A stretch of 32,000 nucleotides of DNA from contig NW_008806279.1 of the NCBI RefSeq assembly GCF_000400465.1, forward strand, positions 30,001 to 62,000. Direction: 5' to 3'. The translations under genes were made by a program, and so were the position numbers. Under the pieces are notes generated by a model, which did not search any database, was not told the origin of the DNA, and saw nothing but the letters and a program-made list of their open reading frames with translations. Below, in pieces: positions 23,620-32,000 of this stretch; positions within the stretch are counted from its first letter, which is position 1, and every line of letters begins with the position of its first letter. This DNA is from Wallemia ichthyophaga EXF-994 (lineage: Eukaryota > Fungi > Basidiomycota).

Positions 23620-25094
23620 TTATTGCTCTTTTCTATACTTGTCTCTAGATTGGTCCATCTTGCTTCTTATGTGGGAGTCATTTAGTATTGAAGAGCACGT
23701 CTCCATCAAATTATCTTCATCTTCCGGTATGAAAAAGTTAGACAAACTGGTGAGTATTGTCTCAAAGTTGGATTCCTTGTCTATTATGTTATGCCTCAAT
23801 GACCATAGGATGGATATTGAAAACGCAACAACAGCATCTGGACCGTAGAATATCATCAAATCCCAAAATCTTATTTGGGTTTTGAACGGTACTGTGTTTG
23901 CGAATAGCGTAATGTACCATTTAGTAGCATATGAAGTTGGTGGTACATTCTCCTCATCTAGCTTTACAAACACTTTTGGCATTGTCAGCTTGACAATTTC
24001 ATCCTGTACGTGCAGATGTTCAAGCAAACCAGGGAACCCATGTTTGAATACGTTGTGCATTCCGTAATACTTGTCTAGTAAAGTTAACATTGCGTAAGCC
24101 TTTTCAGGTTCGTAATAACACAGCAATGTAGCAGCTATCGGGCCCATTCCCTGACAATATCCATTCGGCTGTAGGGAAAATGCATGTAGCACGTGAAATA
24201 AGTTGCGTTGACCTAACCCATACCTGCTGTGAAATAGTATGTGACCACTTATCGTTCTAGGTACGTCTAAATCTATCTGTATATCGTAGCTCGACGGCTC
24301 AGCTTGTCTATCATAATACTGTCTTATGAGGGATTCTATGACTGATTTGCTCGAATTCCCTGAGTTACTAGAGCCTCCTTCCACGTCTTCATCGACTGTA
24401 GAGATTGATCTTGTTGAAGGTGTTCGCATGCTAATTTTTTCACTGGATACGGACGCATTCGAGTTGTAATAAGGTCTTGGAAAAAGTCCCTGCTTTTGTA
24501 TATTCTGAAGCAGCATAGACTCCCAAGCCGCGGCTCTCCACCTGTCTGGTACGCCCTTGACGAGACGCCTAGCTAAGGTGCTTTCACTGTAGCTGCGTCG
24601 CAACCTCCAACGCCTTATATTACGACCGTAGTCACGTTGTTTAGGCTGTAACATGTTTCTCCACTTTTCAATCCTGTTGATTTCTTTGGTGGACAAAGTA
24701 TCCATGCCCTTCAAGTACTTGTTCACCACCTTTGTCTTATCGAGTTCACTTTCTGGTCTTGTCTTGTGAGACTTAGAAGGCCTCTTAGATGACGGGTTAT
24801 GTTTAGTCTTGTAGAGAATAGTAAGTCGCTGCTTGTTCTCATAATTGTGGAAAAAGAATCCATATCTTTGGTAAATGAGCGGTAGAATCGCTACAATACA
24901 CCGACATACCTATCAAGATTATCATAGAGAGCATCTGAGGAGTCTTCGTGCACGTTCTCGCCGTTGTAGTTGTTACGTATCTTCTGAGCCAGCTGCTCCT
25001 CCTTGATCTCGTGCTCAGATTTATAATAGCTCAATTCTGTGTTATCGAATGCAGCTGACTGTCTTTTCACAGCTGACGTTGTCGCCGTCGTCAT
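23620..25094 (-). CDS. TBC/Rab-GAP domain protein; complement(join(23620..24865,24910..25094))
   Basis: DRYGF, KGVPDRWRAAAW, IDLDVPRTISGH (R finger), GYCQGM (Q finger), YATKWYITLF and RFWDL. Confidence 0.92.
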
Positions 25095-25148
25095 CGTCGA
25101 TTGTTACGAAGAAAGCCCGGTTCGCATAAAACGACCAAGATAATCAGG

Positions 25149-26423
25149 ATGGAGGTCACAAGGCGGCTGCATATTGCGGGAATGACGCCATCTATCACGC
25201 TCAAAGACTTGGAGAATAGATTTAGCAGATTTGGTAGCGTTTTAAGCGTCGAAGATTGTGGCAGGGATGGTAATGGTGATCCACGCAAATATTGCTTCAT
25301 GAACTTCCAAGCAAACCAGGCACAACTTAATAAGCGTATGTCTATCCCATTGTTCTATCAAATTACTTAGATTTCTCCAGTGATGCAAACATTCTCCAAC
25401 TCGCACTGGAAGGACGCTAAGTTGAGGATCAGCGAAGCAAGGCCCAACTATATTACTAGATTGGAAATAGACAAAGAGAAAGCTGCAGAAAAGGAGCGCA
25501 GGAAGGAGTTTAAGCGAGTGAGAAGACTTCTCCAAAAGAAATTAAGAGGCAACCTCAAGACCTACGCAAAGGATATGCGCTTGACAACACCTTACAATGC
25601 AAAATGGAGAAATGTGAGTCTTTCCCAATCACAATAGGCCTTCTAACCATTCAAATAGGGCTGGTACATCACTCCCGCTAAGCACCTCATACATCCAATA
25701 CACATACGCCCTGATCATCCTGTTCCAGTGCCATCCACGTCTAGAGATCCATCGAAATCTTCAAACGACTCAAAAGCTCCGAAACCACCAAAGAAATCTA
25801 AGCAGATCATGATAGATCCGCGCAAGTATGGCCCTATGCATTATGGAGAGAGTATGATAGGCAGTGAAAACGTAAGCTCTGACAATAGACCTTGGAGATG
25901 TGAACAAGACGAGCAAGGTCGTGTAAAATGGCTCAAGGATGGTGACGATGATGAGATATACAACGTAGCTCACGCTGATCCACAGAAAGTTTACGAAGAG
26001 AATGCTGATCAGTATAACAATTTGGATGACAAAGTATTTGCGTCAAAACCTAGACCTAAAGCGAACAACATCGACGAAATTGAGAATCAAGTAAGAAGAC
26101 TAGAAGAGAACGAGAAGAAATATGATGAGGATGCACTCAGTGATGACGATGAGGATGAGATATTTGCAATGCTCGAGAGCCAGAGGTTGAGGGAGAACAG
26201 AAGCGAGTCACCACTGTTTGAAGGTGCACAACCAAAATCTTTTGACTGGCTAAACACAATTCCAGAGTTAGACAAGACGGAACAAGCCAAAGCTCAGCCT
26301 AAGGTCGATCCGTCCGCGGAACAAATCAAGCAAGAGCACAAATCACAAAACGCACTTCTTGATTCACTTTTTCAGAGTAATGACTTTGGAAGAAAAGCAT
26401 CAATAGATATAGACTCCGACTAG
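25149..26423 (+). CDS. Nucleolar RRM protein, NOL8-like; join(25149..25335,25381..25613,25659..26423)
   Basis: N-terminal RRM: TRRLHIAGM..DLENRFSRFGSV..G.PRKYCFMNF..LNKLMQTFSNSHWKDAKLRISEARPNYITRLE, the NOL8/Nop8-type pattern. An acidic tail follows. Confidence 0.72.
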
Positions 26424-26515
26424 TGTTGTAATAGTAGTATTAGCAAGATTATTCACATTTTAATACAGGATTGTGATTAAGATTAAAGAGAAACTAGCGA
26501 TGACTTGGTCTTACG

Positions 26516-29500
26516 CTAGATGATTGCGAACCAATTGCAAGAAGCTTTGGGTTCGACATATGTCCTATAAAACACTTATGAGAAAAGTAATTATCAGCGC
26601 ATCATCAACTCACCTGATATAGAATTTTGTGAGCGGTGTTTGCGGTTGAAAGTGCTTGTGCCAGACATGCGCGAGCGCACAGAGAATGGCGAATCCGCTC
26701 CTGTTCTGTAAGCTGAGTTTTTGTGGTTGGCATGATTGATGTGGCTCATGTCATGTTGCAGGCCCGCAACTGTATGTTTGCCACCACAACAAACTCTTGG
26801 GTCATCAAGGCCCTCATCAGATGCATCGTTGAGGTTCTCATCCTTGTAACGATAAGTTGCGCTTGATTTCGGTCTAGATGGACTTTCCAAGAAGCTAGCG
26901 TTGTTCGCTCTCAGGTATTCAGATGCAGGCGTACCTGCTCTCTTACCCGCTGATGAGCTATAGCCGGAGAAGTACTTTTTGGCACGAGGTGTAGTACCCA
27001 TTCCCATTCCAATATTCGATAGCGCTGACCTTGTCTTGGTTTTAGCAGTGGAGAACGACCAATCAGCATAACCAGTAGCTGTCTTTCCAACGCTGCTGCT
27101 TATTGAGTTACGCGGCTTAGAACCGAAGTCCATCTCTGCGATACTGCTAAATGATGGCCTTCCACTAGCCTCTGAACCGGCGTAAGGTGCTGGATTTATC
27201 GAGTTGCGTTGAAGAAGGTATGACAGTGCGTTCAGCCACATTTCGTGTCTCTCTCTATTTGATGCTGTTAATTTGAGCTCACGATCTTGTGAAGTGAAAA
27301 CAAGTATACTCTCGTGATGTAAGCCAGGTGGAGATGGATTTGGATCATCGATGCTCTCTACGCGCTCAATTGGAACACTCTTCGACTGGGTTTCGGATAC
27401 GTTAGGTCCACCCTGCTCATCTTCACTCCAGAAAAGCATCTTGTTGTATGGATGGAGCCAGAAGTATCTTCTGTGACGCTTGCCGGTATTTCCCTTTAAG
27501 ATAGATTTGCGAGTGTACTTGAAGAGGAATTCACCTAAAAGATCGTTAGTCCGGTCAGTCAAAGGTAAAAATCATCACTCACCAATCATGGTTTGCGTAA
27601 TAGCTTGAATGATTGGATCTGGTTGGGTATTTCCGAGTACATTGCTGCCTGCCATGCTGACACTGTCTTCATCGCTCTCGTCATCTTCGTCCAGATGATT
27701 ATTAGCACTCTTTGGCTCACTCAAGTGTGCAGAAGATGAGCTCACGCTGTAAGAACGGCGCTCGATATTCGACACAGTACCGAACGAGTCACTCGTCTTT
27801 CTTCTGTGTGATTGCGTAGATGTATTTCCGGGCTTGGCTGATCTGAAGCTACCGAGTGACGAAAGCGGTGTACCCGATCTACTATTGTGCTGACTACCGA
27901 CTGCACTCTGGAAAGACATGTTCGACATTTGTTTCCTCAATGCAGGTCTACCCTTAGAGCCAGTAGAGATGGTTTGAGAGCCTCTGTTAGTTGCTCTACG
28001 AATAAATTCTGGCGGCGGTGGTGATGTTGGTCTTGGTGGTGGCATACCTCCGTATGGCAAGGCTGTAGAACTTGAACGAGAGATGATGTCAATGTAGCCA
28101 CCTTGAACTGAAGTTGAGGAGGCTCTCCTTGGAACATCGGGAACCTGTCTAGATCCCCTTCTTGAGACACTCTTGTGCTTGTCTGATAGAGCTGTGCTGA
28201 CGTCCTCAACGTTGTGCTCCGATGTTTGATCAGGGTTTTCGAGATCGGCTTTTGGTTTACTTGTTGGAGATGTTGGATGCTCTTGTTCATGATAGACGTG
28301 AATTGTCTTGACACGTGGTGTGTTGTCATTGTCATTGTCGGTCTGTACACCGAGATGGGTTTGGCCTTGGAGTGTCTGAGATCCGACAGAGGCTGTATTT
28401 GGTTTCGTTGCAGGGAGGTGTTTGATTTTCTCAACCGGAACCTCAACTTTCTTTTCAACAGTCTTTTCGACGATTTTCTGGGCCGTGTGAGAAGTATAAT
28501 GACTGGAGCTGACTGTAACATACCTCAATCTCGATTGGTACCTCAACTGGCACTTCAACCTTCTTTTCAACAGATAATTCGACGGGTACCTCAACCTTCT
28601 TCTCAACAATTTTCTCAACAATTTTCTAGGCTGTGTGAGATGCATAGCAGGTAGCACAAAATAACATACCTCAACTGGTACTTCAATTGGAACTTCAACC
28701 TTCTTTTCAACAATTTTTTCGACAAGTTTCTGGGCTTTGTGAGGATTCTGGTAGATGAAGCATACTAAGACATACCTCAACGGGCACCTCGATTGGCACC
28801 TCAACTTTCTTGTCGACGACCTTTTCAACAAATTTCTGTGATGTGTGAGATTGTAATGCTGAGAGAAATCTGACTTACTTCCACAGGAACTTCAACAGGT
28901 ACCTCAACTGGTACTTCAATCATCTTTTCAACAACGTTTTCGACGATTTTCTGTAACGTGTAAGATTTAACTGGTGATGGGAATTTGACTTACCTCCACA
29001 GGAACTTCAACGGGCACCTCAACTTTCTTCTCCACAATCTTTTCAACGAGTTTCTCCACAGGTACCTCTTTCTCGATGACGCGTTCGTCTGGTTTGAGCT
29101 GCTTTTCGACAACAATTTCGATAGGCTTCTCGACGACGCGCTCAACGATCTTCTCGACTTCGATTTCCTTGGGTATTTCTATGATCTTCTCAACTGGTAT
29201 CTCGACAGTCTTCTCGACAATCTTCTCTACTGGTACTTCGATGATCTTTTCGAAAGGTACCTCGACTGTCTTCTCTACAGGAACCTCGACAACCTTTTCA
29301 ACGATCTTCTCGATAGGTACTTCTACTATTTTCTCTACAGGTACCTCGACTATCTTTTCTACAGGTACCTCGACAACCTTTTCAACGATCTTCTCGATAG
29401 GTACTTCTACTATTTTCTCTACAGGTACCTCGACTATCTTTTCTACAGGTACCTCGACAACCTTTTCAACGATCTTCTCGATAGGTACTTCTACTATTTT

Positions 29501-32000
29501 CTCTACAGGTACCTCGACTATCTTTTCTACAGGTACCTCGACAACCTTTTCAACGATCTTCTCGATAGGTACTTCTACTATTTTCTCTACAGGTACCTCG
29601 ACTATCTTTTCTACAGGTACCTCGACAACCTTTTCAACGATCTTCTCGATAGGTACTTCTACTATTTTCTCTACAGGTACCTCGACTATCTTTTCTACAG
29701 GTACCTCGACAACCTTTTCAACGATCTTCTCGATAGGTACTTCTACTATTTTCTCTACAGGTACCTCGACTATCTTTTCTACAGGTACCTCGACAACCTT
29801 TTCAACGATCTTCTCGATAGGTACTTCTACTATTTTCTCTACAGGTACCTCGACTATCTTTTCTACAGGTACCTCGACAACCTTTTCAACGATCTTCTCG
29901 ATAGGTACTTCTACTATTTTCTCTACAGGTACCTCGACTATCTTTTCTACAGGTACCTCGACAACCTTTTCAACGATCTTCTCGATAGGTACTTCTACTA
30001 TTTTCTCTACAGGTACCTCGACTATCTTTTCTACAGGTACCTCGACAACCTTTTCAACGATCTTCTCGATAGGTACTTCTACTATTTTCTCTACAGGTAC
30101 CTCGACTATCTTTTCTACAGGTACCTCGACAACCTTTTCAACGATCTTCTCGATAGGTACTTCTACTATTTTCTCTACAGGTACCTCGACTATCTTCTCC
30201 ACAGGCACCTCAACCTTCTTCTCCACAGGCACCTCGACGATCTTTTCTACTGGGACCTCAACGATCTTTTCTACTGGAACTTCGACGATCGTTTCTACCG
30301 GGACTTGGACGATTTTTTCAACTGGAACCTCTAAGATCCTTTCGACTGGGACCTCCACGAGTTTTTCGACTGGAACCTCGATGATTTTCTCAACCTCCTT
30401 CTCAACGATGCTCTCAACAGGCACCTCCTTCTCTACAATCTTCTCAATAACGCGGTCTTGCACACCACCCAACTGAGAAGAATCAGCGAGGTTAGTCTTG
30501 TGTGAGGTAGGCTGAGAAGGTGGAATGAAAGAATCACGGAGACCGCTAGCGCTCAGTTTGTTCTTGACAGCTCTGCCGCGTCTCCTACCCAACGACGACA
30601 TGGAGACGTTAGCTTGGGAGATATTGGTATTGGTATTATAATTGCTATCTTCTTCTGAGCTACTCTCCTGTTGAGTCCCTGTCGCTGATGTGCTGCTTGG
30701 TTGTTTGACTGGCGAGTGTGAAGCGAAAAGCGGATCGAGGTCGTCATCGTCGTTATTATCATCATTCTGGTCAGGTGAGTGAGAGGCATCTGTTTCGAAT
30801 TCAGGGAGCTGAATTGATGTTTGACTGGTGTCATCGAGCTGTTTGGAGTTAGTTATGTGCGTACACATATTTGGCAGTACTCTCAACTCACCTCAATAAC
30901 ATCACTTCTATCATACTTATCGTGCTTATCAGTCAAGGCAGACTTACGAAGTTTAGAAGCGCGTGATTTGCTTGGTTTGCCTTTGTTCTTGGATTGTAGA
31001 TTGGTTGGGCTGCTCTGGCTGACGTTAACTTGCTCCTCCTTCTCCTCATCGCTATTATCACCACTCTCATCACTCTCACTATCCTCAACACCTTCGTCCG
31101 GCCCTCTTTGAGACAGGGCCAATTTGCGTTTATATTCGATGATATGACCTTTTTCGTTGCGCAATTGTCTCTGCAGGCCAGCAATAACTCTCTCTTTGTT
31201 CCCATAAGCGACGCGTAGGGTTTCATTTTCGGAAGCGAGAGCAGTAGCGGTGCGAGCGCCACCTGGGGTCATATTAGCATCGTTAGTGTTAACGCGAGGT
31301 GGTCTGGGTGAATCGAAGACGGGCAGGCTGAAGTTACCCGTATGTCTACGTCTACCAGCTGAGTCGCTTTCCTCGAAGATCTCATCGAGGAGGCCCTGCG
31401 TGGGATGATACTCCCCTGGATGACCGAAATCGCTGCGATCGGGGTCGAATTCTGCGTCGGTGTTGAATCTGCGGCTGAAATCGTTGTCATACATCGTATT
31501 GTTCATGCTGACGTCGTTGGAATGGTTGCGTACACGCTTCGCTCGACCCTCCTTCTCTAATCTGTCGATCTCCTTCTTGGCACTCTCAACCGCACTGGCT
31601 AAATCACCCTTTTCACGCGTTGCTGTTGCTCGGTCTTTCCTAGCGAGAGCTGTTTCTGTCTCGTATTTTTGTTTAAGTTGCTCGAGTGATTGGTTCAGTT
31701 TCTCGCTATCTTGGCGCCGTTCTTCGAGGGAGTCTCTCGAGAGCGAGAGGGACTTAGTAAGTTTGTTGCGCTCAGCTTCAAGTTTGGTGAGTGAGTCCTG
31801 ATGGTTTGTGTTACTTGTGTACAGCTCCTGGTTTTGCATTTCGAGATTCCAGTTGTCTTCTTTGAACCTATCGACTGTCTGTTCGAGCGAGTTGAGACGA
31901 AGGAGGAGATCGTCATGTTTTGCGTGCGTGTGCTCCTTATCTAATTGAAGATTTTTGATAGTATCGTCGCGTTCACTGATCAGACTCTGTAGACGTCTCA
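26516..32000 (-). CDS. NUM1: Num1/ApsA/Mcp5-like cortical dynein/mitochondria anchor with coiled coil, VPVEKIVE repeats and C-terminal PH domain; 5' end lies beyond the window, stop at 26516 (if spliced) or 26594
   Basis: Coiled coil with [17 protein letters not shown] domain [14 protein letters not shown]...[41 protein letters not shown]. Introns at 30839-30891, 28951-28993, 28836-28878, 28730-28775, 28626-28669, 28478-28523 and 27535-27582 keep one frame. Confidence 0.88.
28478..28993 (-). repeat. Tandem exon+intron cassettes: 5 phase-0 introns and 4 small exons (72, 60, 60, 102 nt)
   Basis: Each exon encodes K[ILF]VE..VE...VP[VI]E..E. The introns are 43-46 nt, begin GTAAGT or GTATGT, and share a CTYACA branch motif. 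Confidence 0.85.
29283..30196 (-). repeat. Coding tandem array with an 84-nt unit, about 10.9 identical copies ([28 protein letters not shown])
   Basis: CGACAACC recurs at 29287, 29371 and so on to 30127 (period 84). Sequence lines 420 nt apart are identical. Degenerate 24-nt units flank both sides. Confidence 0.97.

Noticed and set aside
29283-30196. CRISPR-like or mobile-element interpretation of the tandem array
   Set aside because: No unique spacers, cas genes, terminal repeats or transposase. The array is in-frame coding sequence of a eukaryotic gene.
28985-30476. Two long plus-strand ORFs (449 aa RYLDNLFND... and 466 aa STGTSTIF...)
   Set aside because: Antisense shadows of the VPVEKIVE array. 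A stop-free 84-nt unit stays stop-free when repeated, and the minus frame joins conserved Num1 domains.
1-32000. Cryptic peroxisomal targeting by stop-codon readthrough (TGA CTA) or alternative 3' splicing
   Set aside because: None of the stop contexts or alternative C-termini I inspected gives TGA-CTA or an SKL-type tripeptide.
1-32000. tRNA, rRNA or spliceosomal snRNA genes
   Set aside because: No convincing T-loop/B-box cloverleaf or U1/U2/U5/U6/U3 signature was seen by eye. tRNAscan-SE and Infernal would be decisive.

Overview
Gene-dense eukaryotic (fungal) nuclear DNA with short GT-AG introns, mostly 43-59 nt, and CTRAY/CTYAC branch points. The compactness resembles a basidiomycete such as Wallemia (inference only). 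I support 15 protein-coding genes, in order: BRF1 (5' truncated), ATP1, a MEF2/Rlm1-type MADS factor, LRO1/PDAT, CAX4/DOLPP1, an UNC-93-like MFS transporter, RPS26, a PPR protein, a secreted SMP-30/gluconolactonase, a TDA3-like FAD oxidoreductase, an AzgA purine permease, NCA2, a TBC RabGAP, a NOL8-like RRM protein, and a Num1/ApsA cortical anchor whose 5' end lies beyond the window. I found no tRNA, rRNA, CRISPR array or transposon. The most unusual locus is Num1/ApsA. It carries about 600 aa of alveolin/articulin-like VPVEKIVE repeats, built in two ways: an intronless array of about 11 identical 84-nt higher-order units, and a series of duplicated phase-0 exon+intron cassettes with mutually similar introns. 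Other oddities are an intron-split start codon in RPS26, stop-free 3n first introns in ATP1 and the MADS gene, and two head-to-head gene pairs only 54-63 bp apart. All exon structures were read by eye and need RNA-seq confirmation.
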